Source of the DNA: Mobula hypostoma
Lineage: Eukaryota
Direction: 5' to 3'
DNA: 64,000 nucleotides
Assembly: GCF_963921235.1 (NCBI RefSeq)
Contig: NC_086108.1
Coordinates: 47,990,001-48,054,000 of the forward strand
Below the pieces are notes generated by a model. The model worked only from the letters and a program-made list of their open reading frames with translations, did not search any database and was not told the origin of the DNA. Position 1 is the first letter of the stretch; the number at the start of each line of letters is the position of its first letter. A program made the position numbers and the translations under genes. Shown one piece after another: positions 36,985-52,719 of this stretch.

Positions 36985-37805
36985 GTTTTTTATATTTTAT
37001 TTTTATTTGGATAAGGTATTCACAAGTAATACACAAACTTTTTTTTCCATATATAACATTTTCCATTTTTTATGTGAGTAAATCTATATTAATTTGTACA
37101 TTCACAAGTGCACATTGAGATAATATAGAAAATAATTAGGCACTCAGATAGATGTTTCTGTGCAATTGTAATTCCACTCTATTAAACTAAATGATAATAG
37201 TTGTTATAAAAATATTAATAATAGTGGTTGAATACTAATTTCCATGTATCTCTTCTGGTCCAAAATTTCCCCAGATCTTTTCTTTACTTGTGTTAATTCA
37301 ACATTTTCCCAAAAAAAGACCAGTAAACATTCGAGCCAGGGGTGCTTACGTTAACACTATTACTACGTTGGTGAGACAAACAGTATAAACCATTGGGAGA
37401 GTCATCTAAAGTCTGCTCACTCTAGGGTTATAAATTCAATTCATTTATTCCAAGTTTGATAAAATTTGGTCATCTTTTCTATTTTAAATATTTCCAAAAT
37501 GATTTCATGCCAATCTTCTAATGTAGGTGATGTTGGATTTAACCACTTTCTGGTGATTGATTTCTTACTTGCCGCTAAAAGGGCCTGCATCAGCTTTATA
37601 TGTTTCTTCTGTTCCAAAAACAATACATGCCCCAAGTGGAGAGTTTCAAAGTTCAGAGGTATCTGAGTCTTAAATACCTTAACTAATATTCTGTGAATAC
37701 CTTCCCAATATAAACTTAATTTAGGGCAATCCCAAAAAATATGGAAATGATTTGCCTTCTTGGAGCCACACCTTCTCTAACACACCACGTTTGTGTCTTT
37801 ATATT
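36985..37805 (-). mobile_element. 5'-truncated L1 3' end
   Basis: T-rich tail with antisense AATAAA near 36985-37005. ORF2 C-terminus with CGSKKANHFHIFWDCPKL and LLAASKKSITRKW. Confidence 0.85.
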
Positions 37806-37996
37806 TTAGCAGTTGTCCATTTGTGATGGCAGTAAGGTAAACTATTTTTAGAAGTACAGTATTAGAATTAGATTTGTTATCACAGACATGAAATTAGTTG
37901 TTTTACAGATGTAAATTAATAAATTACAGAAATAAATGGTCTGTGAATCTTTGGATATTTCTTCAATTGGTAGTAACAGCAAAGTCTCTGAGAATA

Positions 37997-39899
<1,903 letters not shown>

Positions 39900-40361
39900 T
39901 ATATGCTTAATAAGCAAAGGTGTGAAAGGTTTACTGTGGGTGGATGGGGATGTGGAGCTAAGATTTTCATTGAATCAGCTATGTTCTTAAAACAACCTGT
40001 GGAGTAGTTTTGAGGGCTGGATGGCTGATAATTTTAAAAAGTTGAATGTTTGATGGGACTGATATGGGTAATGACTTTCGTGGACAGAAGTGTTAATCCG
40101 AGTGAGAGAATGGAATGAAGAAAAATGATTGTTTAGGGAGATGTAGATAAGGTACTTGTCCAAATTAATTATGTCCTTACTCAACTAGAAAGACCTGGTT
40201 AATGCCTTCCCTCCAGACACTGCATATCTCACTTATAAGGAAAGCAGTAGAAGAACTTATAAGGACAAGACAAGGGAATGCAGGGAAGGAACTGGAGCAG
40301 GATGCATGAACAATAGAAGTGTGCAAGCAGGTATGAAACCAATATTCAATGACTTTATATG

Positions 40362-40800
40362 TAATAACACACAAAAATGCTGGAAGAACTCAGGTCAGAC
40401 AGTATCTAGGGAAGGGAATGAACGGTCAATATTTCAGGCTGAGGCCCTTCATGAGAACTGGAATGAAAGAGGGAAGAAGCCAGAATGAAAGGGAGGGGGA
40501 GGAGTAGGTGGGTGGGGAGGTAAGACTGATGTGAGGGGCTTGGAAGTGATAACTGGAAGAGGCAAAAGGCTTAAAATGATGAAACAGATAGGAGAGGACA
40601 GTGGACCATGGAATAAAGGGAAGGAGATGGGGAGCCATAGAGGAAGATGGGCAGGTCATGAAGCAGAAGAGGGGAAAGAAGGGGTAAAGGCGCCAGGTGG
40701 ATAAGGAAATCAAAGGGTGGGAGCGAGAGATGGGGTTAGTTAGAAAAATTGATGCTGATACCATCAGGTTGGAGATTACCAAGGCAGAGCATAATATGTA
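40362..40800 (-). mobile_element. Old Penelope 3' remnant with dead hammerhead motif
   Basis: acacacaaaaatgctggaagaactcagg tail. Antisense cagtt CTCATGA a gggcctcagcct GAAA tatt gacc (about 40423-40460). GIY-YIG end ccatcaggttggagattacc. Confidence 0.75.
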
Positions 40801-41239
40801 ATTTTGATGAATAGCATTTGTTAAAGAGTAAACTAAAATCCTAAGGAATAAAGAAAAGATGTGAAATTCATCATTTGCTGTTTCCAGACCTCTGAGAAAA
40901 TCCTGTGCTGAGCTGTGCAATGGGTTCTTGTTAAACCTCTTGGGGCAGCTCTGGAATCTGCAGTGTATACCATATTTCTAGCATCCTGAACTACAGGAAC
41001 TTATTTAGCCTCAAATCAGTAACAGTCAGCAAACCTGGTACTTTCATGTGAATTGCTGGATGTAAATTTTCTTCAGAGTTTTTTTACATGAGTGTAGCCT
41101 GTTACCGGTTTGGGTTCATTACAAGGGACCCAGGGGATGGAGAATGGGTTGTTTTCTGGCAAACTGTCTGCATTGTAACTGCAAAGCTGGGAAAAAAAAT
41201 GTTCTTGCACTATTTTTTGAATCACAATTACTTTTAATA

Positions 41240-42600
41240 TTGCTGATATATGTTGTGAAATTTGTTTTGTGGTAGCAGTACAGTGCGAGACAAATTATCA
41301 TTTACAATAAAGAAATAAATAGTGCTGAAGAGGGACACCGAGGTTGTATTCATGGGCAGATGGCAGGGGGGCAGAAGCTGTTCCTAAAACATTGAGTACG
41401 TGTCATCAGGCTCCCGTACCTTCGACCTGGTGGTAGTTAGAGAAGAGGGCATGTCCCAGATGGTGAAGGTCTTTCATGATGGATGTGGTCTTCTCGACAA
41501 AGTTGTCCACGATGGTGGGGAAGGTCATGCTGATGATGGAACTGGATGAGGCTACAACCCTCTGCAGCCTCTTCTGGTCCTGTGCCTTGGACCCTCCATA
41601 CCAGACGGTGACGTAACCAGTCAGAACGCTCTCCACGTGACATCTGCAAAGTTTTGTAAGAGTCATTGGTGACAGTTGGGGATGTGGACCAGCTGGAAAA
41701 ATGGCAGATGGAATTTAATACAGGCAAGTGTGAGGTGTTGCACTTTGGGAGGACAAACAGGATAAGACTTGCGCAATGAGCTGTTGGGCGCTGATGAGTG
41801 TGGTGGAACAGAGGATTCATAATTCCTTGAAAGTGGTGTCACAGGTAGATAGACTCGCTAAGAGAGCTTTGGGCACATTGGCCTTCATAAATCAATATAT
41901 TGAGAACACCAGTGGGGATGTTATATTGAAGTTGTATGAGATGTTGATAAGGCCTAATTTGGAGTATTATGTGCAGTTTTTGTCACCTACGTGGAGGAAA
42001 AATATCAATAAGATTAAAAGAGTGCAGAGAAAATTTACAAGGATATTGCCAAGACCTGAGGATCTGAGTTATAGGGGAAGGTTTAATAGGTTAGGAATTT
42101 ATTACCAAGAGGGTATGAGAATGAAGGGTGATTTGGTAGATGTACACAAAATTGTGAGGAATAGATAGGGTAAATGCAAGCAGGCTTTTTCTATTGTGGT
42201 TGGGTGCGCCTAGGTCATGGGTTAAGGGTGAATAAAGAAATTTTTAAAGGGAACATGAGGGGGAACTTCTTCACTCTGAAGGAGGTGAGTGTGTGGAATG
42301 TGCAGCCAGTAGAAGTGGTGGATGTGGTTCAATTTCAATTTTTAAGAGAAATTTGGATAGGTACGTGGATTGGAGGGGTATGGTCGATAGGACTAGGTAG
42401 ATTAATAGCTTGGTACAGACTAGATGGGCCAAAGGGCCTGTTTCTGTGCTGTTCTATAACTCTATACCAAATCTGTTCAAATTCCTAATGAGGTATAGCC
42501 AATGGTGTGCCTTCGTCATGAATACATTGATCCAGGATCGATCCTCTGAGATGTTAACACCCATGAACTTCAAGCTGTTCACCCTTTCCACCACTGACCA
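41240..42600 (-). mobile_element. Rex1-like LINE fragment holding a + strand CR1 3' end (about 41673-42464)
   Basis: Rex1-like ESVLTGYVTVWYGG..LQRVV(-). The insert reads KWQMEFN..LIRPNLEYYVQF plus CR1 3' UTR. The host resumes at taccaaatct. Confidence 0.8.
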
Positions 42601-45064
42601 CATTCCACAAGAGTGACTTTTATTCCATGTATCTCAAATTTTTAGCAGTGACTTGTACAGTCTGTGAGGGCAGCTTTCTGTTACCTGAATGGCCGCAATG
42701 CAGGGGTTGTCTGTAGTTGGTCAGCTGATGATCTCTATGGTGTAATGCAACTTTGGCTCAATGAGATGCTAACATCACTATTGGAATAAATCGGAGTCCC
42801 TTTGGAATCAAATTAGGGTGCAGCAGCTGCTTCTACTTAAGTAAATATAGACAACTGGTATGTCATCTTGTGGCCTCACAGTAGAATCCAGAAATGTAAT
42901 GGGAGCTGAGGTCCGAAGGAGAGTATCACCTACAGTTTGCTTTTTCAGACTGAGTTCTAAACTTGAGATGCAATTTGAGTTGAGTTGCCAAGCAGCAGCA
43001 TTGTTCCCTCCTGTGTGGATGTCCATTTATTGGAGCAAGAATGAGTATGTCAAATAAAGTCTTTTTTTTTTGCTGCCGCCGCCCCCCCCCCCCCACTACC
43101 ACCAGCACATGTTCATTGCTCGCAGAAGGAGAAAAACTGCATAAGATAATTTTCTTCTACCTCTTTGCCAGTAGGTGGCATGCACGCAAGGCAAGTTTTG
43201 ATGCTTCAGGCACATTCAATACCTGTTGTTTTTACCCATGTGGGAAACACTTATCGCATGGTTGTGAAAGATGATATTTAAATTTGGGTAGAATTTGTTC
43301 TCCCTCTGAATTACTTGATAAAAGGAAGATTTTGAGGTGCTCTCAATTTAGCTAGGCTGTCCTTGTGTTTTGAAATGGACTTTAGCAGCTCAATCAGAAC
43401 AGCATACGAATTGTCCTTTGGGTTGCATGTTCAGAACCAGAATTTGTTGGCCTTGCCGTCAGGAAACAGCTGAGTGGATGTACGTAATGGATTTGGAATC
43501 TGTTGATGCTCTGTTCTTCCCATCTTCAGAAATCAGTTGTTTATTCTGTAATCAAAACTGCATTCCAGCAGCGTTGTTTAGAATGTTTTGTTGGTGCTGC
43601 TGTTCAATCAATGTAACAATCCCATGTTCAGATTAGACACAACATTTTCCTTTATAATATTTTTTCCTTGGTGCTTTTGAATTGTTGGCTCTAATTAGGA
43701 TTCTAATGGTTGAAGGTGACTTGCCTTTACTCTAGTTTTGAGGGCCAATGTGCAACTTGCAGCCTTTGTCAAAGTTGGATTGGATTGGGAGTAAATATTG
43801 ACTGGTTTATCCTGCTGGTGGGTTTTGGGGAGATGTTGATGCTTCTCAAGTGTTTTGAGATGTATTGTGGGTGTCCCAAGCAAATGAAGGTGGAGATTGT
43901 GCTGCCTGGTTCACCGTGACCATGAGTTTCTTTTTATCAGGTCTAAACCTGCGATCTTCAAACATTAACGTTGGGCAATGGCTGAAGGCTGTGCTGCCAC
44001 TTTGCCTCCTTTGGATGTCAAAACCTTGGAATTTCCTACCCAATAGCATTATGAGATTACCTTTAAAAACTCTGCACTGGTTCATGGTGCTGTCACACAA
44101 AGCCACCTTGAAGATAATTACCAACTGCCTGAATTGCCAGTGATATTAATAAATGGATTAAAAAGAATCAATTTGCTTAGGTGAATAGGAAGGAGTCTTC
44201 TGACTTGTGGGTGATGAGTGAACAGCTTTCGTTCTGAAAGGCTAACTGTATCTTTTCTGAATGTGCTGAAGTGTTGCCTTAGAATTCAATGGCTAGGTTT
44301 CTGGAATCGGACAGGGGCTATGTAACATTTTACTACTTTCACTTATTTGTAATTTCATACAAAGCCCACAATTAGTAGATCACTTGGAGCTTGTGCTACT
44401 GAAGCAGTAGGAATAGCTTTGAAGTCCTACAAGAGCTCCAAATGTCTGTGATTGACATTTTAATGGCGTGTTTTTAGGCTGAGTAAGCGATCTGGTGCTT
44501 TGCTGTCTCTGAGGGAGTGTAGTGAGGTTGGGAGCGGAGTGTGCAGGCTCACAATGAACTCTCTTGCTTCTCTCCAATTGAGACGTCGAGAAGGGTTAGA
44601 GTCGATGGAGACTATACCGGAGGACGGGCAAGTGTTGGATGCTGTCTGCCTGTGCTTGACCAGTCCTTCTCTCACTAGCTGCTGTCAGAGGAAAGTGCAG
44701 GAGACTTGGGATCCACATTGCAAAGATGGATCGGTGAGGCTGTGGGCTTATTTTGGGGCCTTTTGAGGTTCATGTTGCAAGTGCTTCTGGATTTGGGCTA
44801 CATTTATTTTGCTGTTGTTTGAGTGACGATCAATGGGGCACTTTGGCAAAGTCTAGCTCTGTGGTCTGCGTCAGCTAGTGGTGCTGAATTAGACCAAATA
44901 CTCCTTCACCCCTGGCTTGATGTTGATATTTTGTTGTTTGCTTACTTTTTGCCCTTTCAGCAGTTTTTTTTAAGCGTTGAATGTTTGATGTTTTCTTTGA
45001 ACAGGCTTTATGGTGTTTCTTAGTTTTGTGGTTACCTGTGGGAGGACAAATTTCAGTCGTATTC

Positions 45065-45423
45065 CAGACATCCCACCCTGCAAAAGCTCATTTCAGGGAG
45101 GTAGCACCATCAATTTGTGGGAGACTCCCGGAACTTCCGGGAGAGGTGGGATGTCTGCAATAGAGTAGCTCCTTAGCAGCTAGCCAGCTAGTTTAAATAA
45201 CGTTAGCTATGCTAATGAATGAATGACACCCGTTAAACTCACCTCAACATGTCTTTTACAGTCTTAACCCACCATGGGCAAAAGAAAAGTCGCTGTTGCA
45301 AACAGTGCAGTGAGCAGCACTGTCATTATTTTGACCCCTATTAGGCAGGGGTACACTTTAGTGTAGTCTGGGGTGACGTATGTTTTATATTTTCTTTTTT
45401 TTGGAACACTCTGCCATGGCGCG

Positions 45424-45481
<58 letters not shown>

Positions 45482-45489
45482 CAAGTGCA

Positions 45490-45523
<34 letters not shown>

Positions 45524-45678
45524 TGGTTGCTCTCTCGCTGTCTCTCGTGGTCACTCTCATGCTCTCTCGCTCTCAAAAAAATTGATTTCCGGGACATTGT
45601 ATGTAATTTGCGGGCATCAAGGAGCCACTATTAATATGCGGGAGACTCCCGGAACTTCCGGGTGAGGTGGGATGTCTG
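45065..45678 (-). mobile_element. hAT-like MITE with 6-bp TSD and BED-finger remnant
   Basis: 13-bp TIR cagacatcccacc/ggtgggatgtctg. TSD gtattc at 45059-45064 and 45679-45684. Minus strand carries MAECSKKK..YTKVYPCL..HCTVCNSDFSFAHGG..DCKRHVE across frameshifts, followed by GTGAGT. Confidence 0.85.
45423..45575. repeat. (CT)n/(GA)n microsatellite
   Basis: Direct observation; lies inside the MITE. Confidence 0.97.
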
Positions 45679-46463
45679 GTATTCTGTATAATATACTTTG
45701 AATCTTTGAAATGCACTCTTGTCTCTGCACATCACTTGTCTCATTCACCACTCAAGTCTGCTCTTTCAGCAACTGTGCAGAGCCCTCTGAATCTCTTTTC
45801 CATACTCCCTCTTTATTAAAAAATCTTTCTAAATTACTTGGACCTGGCTTGTTTTTTATTCCTTAAGCTCCATTTCCTATTTGGTGCCCAGTGCTTCATG
45901 GCACTCCAGAAAACAGATGTTTTAGGAAATAAAAACACATGCTGCGGAAAGATCTTCAAACTTGAACATTAATTTTCTTTCCACTCAGATGTCCCCTAAC
46001 CGGTATAATTTTAACATTTTACTAGGTTTCCTCCATCTGCAGCTTTTTTTTCTGGTTTTGACGTCATTTCTATATGAGAGTAGTACATGACATCAACAGC
46101 AAATTATGTGTACTGAGGGCATTTTACCATATTTAAATATGTGCAAGGATTGAACTCTGTTTTTGATTAATTTCTTTTCATGTTTACGTTTACAACTCCC
46201 AGAATGAGCCAATGGTTTGCACTTTGACCCCTCAAAATGTATTATTTCCTGCAGTTTAATGTGTATGAACTTTTAAAAAACTATATTGGAGGTTATAAGC
46301 TGGTGAAACTTGCTCCAGCAATGTCTAGTCATCATTCTGAGATCCACCCTTCTAGATATTTACTAAAAGCACCTGAGGAAAAATTCTGAAGTTCCCTTTT
46401 GGCAAGCAACTATTATTTCTATTCTTTCAGTTTGTGTTCATCAAAATATAGTATTCAAGTTAT

Positions 46464-46681
46464 CGCTGGCTGGTGGCGTAGTGGCATCAGTGCCGGACTT
46501 GGGAGAGAAGGCTCCCGAGTTCGAATCCAGCTGGCTCCCTTGTAGGCTTTCCATCTGTGCTGGGTTGAGCGTCAAGCTAGCAATGCAACCTTGTAAAAAT
46601 AAGAAAGCCTGCTAATAAAATGCTGTCATGACAGCGTCCCGATGACTCCACTCGGAGTTAAGGGCTTTCTTCTTCTTCTTC
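46464..46681 (+). mobile_element. tRNA-derived SINE with (TTC)n tail and 11-bp TSD
   Basis: A-box tggcgtagtgg (46474-84), B-box gagttcgaatcc (46517-28), tail ttcttcttcttcttc. TSD attcaagttat at 46453-46463 and 46682-46692. Confidence 0.9.
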
Positions 46682-47284
46682 ATTCAAGTTATAGTTATAG
46701 CTCTAAACTGGACAAAAACCAGGCAGGGAAGATATGCCCATCAATGGAATCTCAAATCGGGTTCTAGTTGCAAACAATGGCAAGCTGTCAAAGGCCACTT
46801 TTAAGTGCCAATGGTGCAACAGATGCCATTACTGGACTTTAAAGCTCAGATATTAGTCTACATGTTGCTACTACTCCTTTGGTACTTCAACTGTAACATC
46901 ACCTAAACATCAATTTAAGAACTCCAAGAATGGAATTAATGGCAAGGAGTGACAATTGATTTTCCATTTATTTATATGCTTTAGGTTCTAAAAGATGGAG
47001 AAGTTTTCCTACTCAAATCAGCCCCCAAGCATCTCTTTTCATACAAATGCCGCAAGAAAAGCAGATCGAGGTCACTATCATGAATTAACAAACACTTTTT
47101 GAACTTCCTTCCCTGTTTGTTGTTTTTTTTTGTTGAACAGAAAACCAGGTTTGTTCCTACAAGAGGTTGAAGTAGATATGTCTTTATTTCTGTACTAGCC
47201 TTGTACTGAGGCACTTTCATGTATTGTTTAAACAAGGCAGTAGAGAGCTTAACGAATGGGCAGTAGAAAGCCATGCATGAGAAA

Positions 47285-49135
47285 ATTGGAGCAGATGTAG
47301 GCCATCAGGCCCATCAAGCCTGACCCAACATTTATATGATCATGGCTGATCTGTGCTGACCTCAACTCCTCTGCAATTTCCCCTTAATGCTCCATCCCTC
47401 AACCTTCAACTGTTTATCCACCTCCACCTTAAACTTCTAATGATCCAGGTTCCACCACTTGCCAGGGCAGTAAATTCCTGGGATTCACCACTCGCTACAA
47501 GAAAAAGTGTCTTATCTTTTCCAGCCTTAAATGATGCTCCACTTGAAATCATGTCTCCTTGTTTGTGACTTTCCCATTGGAGAAAACATTTCAGCATCTA
47601 CCTTCTCAAGCCTGCTAAGGTTCTTGTATCTTATTCTTTTAAATAAAGGAATTTAAAATGGGAGTGGGAGGGGTATGGTCTGGGTGTGCAGGTCAATAGG
47701 ACTAGTTAGAATAATAGCCTAGCACAGACTGGTTGTGCTGAAGTGTCTGTTTCTGTGCTGTAGTGTTTTATAACTCTAATATAGGGAGCAACTATTGAGC
47801 AATGCAGACAATGTACTGGAGGAGCTCAGCGGGTCAGAATCTCAGCCGGAACTGTCGACTGTTAATTCCCATCCTTAGATGCTGCCTGACTGCTGAGGTC
47901 CTCCAGCACATTGCACGTACTGATCTAGATTTCCAGCATCTGCAATACCTCTTGTGTCTATGAGTATCTATTGAATCTTTCTTGATAGAACGATCATTTC
48001 ACTACAGAAATTAGCTAGGTGAATCTACTTTGTATTATCAATAATTTTAGTGTTTTTTTTCAGTTGAGGGGACCAAACAGCACAGTTTTCCACGTGAAGC
48101 CTCTCCAACACCCTGAACAATTGCAACAAAGCTCTCTATTGCAACAAAACTCCAGCCTTTTGCAATAAAGGCCAAAATGTTATTTCCCTCCATTACTACT
48201 TTTTAAACTTTTCATGATAACTTCACCAGAGCACTTGGATCCTTATGCACATCACTCACTCACCTGCACTATCTCTCATTTGGGTAACCTGCCTTTTTGA
48301 TTTCCATTTCCGATGTTCATGACCTTGTACTTCCCTATATTAAACTCCACTTGTCAAGTCTTTTGTCCACTCATTCCATTTATCTATCATTGCAGGATCT
48401 CAGCATCCTTGTAACAACATGCCTTCTATCTATTTTTGTATATTAAACAAATTTGGAAATGGTGCATTCTTTTCATTTCTCGAAGTCACAAATGCAAACA
48501 GTGAACAACTGTGGGGAAAAATTGATCCCTACAGTACTGCACCAGTTGTCTTTTTGTAGTCTGTAAAGGACCTATTTATTCCAGTTGTTTACTGAGATGG
48601 CTGATTTTCAATCCATTCTAAAATCCTTCATCCAATACCGTACACTTTTAATTTATGTGCCAGCCTCTTGTGTGACACTTTATCAGATGCCTTTTGTAAA
48701 TCTAATTACAGTGTCAGGTTTCCCTCAAACAAATCTCCCTGTTCTATCTTCAAAGAATAGAGGCATACAGAAGTGAAGTGGATTGACTGGTTGAGTGCTG
48801 ATACCATACCAACCTTTCTCTGAACATCAGCAAGATCACAAAAATAATTGTTGACCACAAGATGGGGAAGTCAGGAGAACACACACCATTCCTCATTTTT
48901 TGGGATGGGGGTTAAGTCAGTTGGGGAAAGGGTGAGCAGCTTCAAATTCCTTGGCATCAATATTTCTGAGAATCTATCTTGGCCCGAAGACTGCAATCAA
49001 GAAGCAGGCATGCCAGTAGCTCTACCTTTTAAGAGTTTGAGGAGATTTGGTACACTCTTGCAAAATTTTACAGCTGTACAGTGTGGAGCATTTTGACGGT
49101 TTGCATCGTTACCTAGTATGGAGGTCCAATGTGCT
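47285..49135. mobile_element. Cluster of old CR1, Penelope-tail (about 47800-47960) and Rex1 fragments
   Basis: CR1 3' UTRs on both strands, a fold-back pLTR remnant (gtcgactg..gatgctgcctgactgctgagg) and Rex1-like ERVSSFKFLGINI. Confidence 0.6.
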
Positions 49136-50179
49136 GAAACTCTTGCTGTGTGAATGTGCCACTGTCCATCAGCTGACATGTCCCAGTACACTTTAGTAAT
49201 ATGCTGGTCCCAAAATTTTCATGTACTGCACATGGAAAGAAAGTAAAGTAAAAGGAACATTCAGGTCACTTTGTGTATAGGGCCTTGGTTGTCTAGGTGG
49301 TAAATCACTGGTTGCTCCTTGTAAAGCTGTTGTCATCTCTGAGCTTCTTGATCCAACCCCCAGAGCCTCTGTTGCTTTTACTGGTATTCCTTATGAATCT
49401 CACCATCACTTTCTGATATTGGATATTTTTATATTGGGACAGATGTAACCTTAAATGGAGATTTTACCCCCTTTTGCTTTATAAAATCTGTGATCTTTTT
49501 GAAGTATAGTTATTTATAAAGTGAGGTTGAACAACTGTGTACGTTTGGACTGCATTGTCTATATCAGTGGGTTTGCCATGTGGTGGTCTTCACCTCTGAC
49601 CCTGTGAAATCACTGTTAATCATTATTTGACATGCTTGGTGGCCAGCAAACTGTCCACTATTGGATTTTGCTGCTCAGCAGAAGGAGGTTAAAGGTAATA
49701 TTCCTTCTCAGCAAACTGCCCAAGAGGCTGAAATCTTGAGCGGAAAGGGGCAAGGGCCATGTATGGCCTTTCAAATGTAATGCTGCTGTCTGAATGGAGG
49801 TGGCAGGGTGAATCGATGCGCTCTAGTGTGGCAAGAACAGTCCTACAGTGTACTGAGGCTCAGTCGCATCTCGGGTGTGATCAATCTGTGCAATCAAGTC
49901 AGTGGGCTCTCGAAGTAATAGCAGATGTCACTGGTTAATGCTGTTAGGGTCACTTCCCCAAGACCTTCCCAAGTATGTTGGCATGACAGAACTACTTGGT
50001 CAAGCTTTGCTCAACGGTAGTAAATGTGCCCAAAGTACTAGAACATTAAATGTGTAAGTCTCATTCTAGTAGCTTCAACAAATTTAGGAATGAAAACAGC
50101 ACACCAAGCAAAATACTGAAAAAGCTATCATATACTGCACTAAATGAAACAGTGACCAGCATGTATCAGTTCTTCATTC

Positions 50180-52600
50180 AGAGCCAACACCTTGGGCTAC
50201 TACTGGTGCCCGTGCACCCACAGCAGAGCACAGCAGGGAGTCAACTGAGCATTCATTAAATGTAGCTGTTTCTTCATGCCCAGGGGTATGTGGGAAAGAT
50301 TTCCAAGGCAAATCCTGCTGTAAGATGCATCTGGCCGACATCTACCTAAAAGAGCATCCTGAGCCAAAAGAATAAAGGCATATGCGATGTTGGAAGATCA
50401 GAGCAATGTGTCATTCGCAGAATAAACATCCTTTGACACATTCAGTGTTCAAAGTTTTGTTTCCCCGTACACTCTAAAGGCTACTCTGGATCGTCAGAAG
50501 TTCCAGAAAAAAAGCCAGTGGATTTATTGTGGAGTCAATAGGGGGGAAGGTCTGCTTGCCCTCGCTAACACTCATTGAGTGCAGCCTTATTCCTAACTAC
50601 AGGGATGAAATCACAACCCCTGAAGTGGCACACAGTCATTCACATCTCAAGGCCATCGCTGACAAGATTCCCCCACTTGACTCTTCTACTGAGATTCTCC
50701 ATTTGCTTGTCAGAGACGCCATCTGTGCACACAAGGTATGTGATCAGCGCAATGGTTGGCACAATGCACCTTGTGCCCAACAGCTGGACCTGGGTTGGGT
50801 CATAGTGGGCGATGTCTGCCCCGATGGTGCTCAACTGCCCGTTCAGCATATTTCGGACTAAATATCCTGGAGAATGGGTGCCCAAGTCTGTTCTGACCCT
50901 GTGAGTAGAATCTGTCTGAAAGAGAAGATTGTAGGTAAGCAAGCCAAATGCCCTGACGTACTTCCCTCAGCTCAACCAGATTTAGGCAAGCTGGTCTTCT
51001 GTCACTCAGATGATTTTAAGTTGGCCCCTTCCATCAAAGATGAGGTTTTCCTTTGAATCATGAGCAAGTTCAACAAAGACAAACCAAACAGTTGGATAGC
51101 TCCCCTTCCTTTCTGCTCCCCACAATAACAGAAGTAGGCCCTTGGTCAACTCATGTTCCTCAGTCATACTGAGAAAGCAACCAGAAATGAAAGATCATTA
51201 CACCAAGTTCATAGAGAGAGTCTTCAGGAACTATCACATTGAATCGTTGCCTCCACCAGACCCCAATAGTAAAAAAAAACTGGTGTTTTTCCAACATCAG
51301 TGTTTACCACCCCATGAAAGCTGCACAAATGCAGATTGAATTTGATTCAAATGCACAGTTAAAAGTTGAATTACTAAACAATATGCTTTTGTGGGGCCCA
51401 GACCACGATAATCATCTGCTCGGGTTCCTTGTATGCTTCAGAAGAGTCAGTTGCAGTGATGGCAGATATCGAACAAATGTTCCACAGCTTTCTCGTGAGA
51501 TGGTTTCAGGACCACCAACTGGACAATGAGATTCTGGAGTACTGCAGGAGAGTTCATGTATTTGGTAACTGTCTCTTGCCAGCTATGGCAATCTATGGCC
51601 TTGAGAGACAGCTATCGAGGGAGAGAAGGAATTTAGGACTGAAGAATAGGGGTATGTAGAAATGTACTTCCACATGGGTGATGGTCTTCAATCGTTTTCT
51701 GAAGCAGAAGAAGTAGTCAGTGAGCTGCTTTCAGCACAAGACTTGTTGGCTGAGTATAACCTCAGACTGCATTAGGCCACATCCAACAGTGCCGCAGTCA
51801 TGCAACATTTCCCACCTGAAGATCTGGCCAAAGGTCTACAGAATCTTGACCTTGAATAGGACATTTCGCTTCTGCAGCACATTCTAGGCCTCGGATGGGA
51901 CCTCATTACTGACACCTTTACTTTCTATGTTGCTGATACTGAAAGACCCTTTATACGTCATAACATGCTCCTGACTATCAACAGTCTATCTGACCATCTT
52001 GGATTTGCTGCTCCAATCTGTATCAAGGGATGTTTGAAATTAAGACAGTGCTATTGGACACTTTTGTCTGGGATGTCCCACTCTAAAGAGATGCAGCCTT
52101 GAAGATTTCAAGAAACTACCTAACAATTCCGCTGTCTACAGCTCAAAAGAGAGAGGTCTGCTCCTTCTGTGACCCATCAACTAAAGCTATTGCTGTTGCA
52201 TTCCTAAAGGTAACAGATGCTGCTGGATATAGTGAAGTTGGATTCGTCCTGGGCAATGCAAAGCTTGCTCCCGAATCAGATCTTGCCATACCAAGTGTGA
52301 ACTCAGTGCTGCTGCTCTTACAGTTGAGATGCCAGCGATGATAACTGAAGAACTGGACACAACTAAATGATATGAAGTTCTTTACCAACAGCAAGGTTGT
52401 GCTCAGTTACATATTTAATGAAGCAAGAAGATTTTATGCTCCTGTACATAATAGGCTCCAACACATCAAGCGATCAACTCAGAAGAGCCAGTGGAAGTAT
52501 GTCCCGACTGATGTCAACCCAGCTGATCATGCCTCATGGGGGCTCCAAGCTAATTAGCTTATTCTGGCCCCATGGTTACCTGGCTCAGCATTTCTTATCA
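50180..52600 (+). mobile_element. BEL/Pao LTR retrotransposon pol relic
   Basis: Order protease-like region (YAMLEDQSN; LDLGWVIVG), RT (AVMADIEQMFHSF, VHVFGN), Pao RNase H (FCDPSTKAIA, GNAKLAP, FTNSKVVL, WKYVPTDVNPADHAS). Many stops; no LTRs seen. Confidence 0.88.
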
Positions 52601-52719
52601 AGTCTGTTATTTTTGACATGAGAACAGTTAAAGATGATGTAATAAGACTGCTTTTAAGAACTGTCTCTGAGAATTTACCGAATACTTAATGAAATGATTA
52701 TTTGACTTTTAGTTTCAAT

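Noticed and set aside
45264..45634. RE-rich and LS-rich ORFs
   Set aside because: Translation artefacts of the (CT)n microsatellite.
46464..46540. Possible tRNA gene
   Set aside because: It has A and B boxes but no convincing cloverleaf, and it continues into a body, (TTC)n tail and TSD; it is a SINE.
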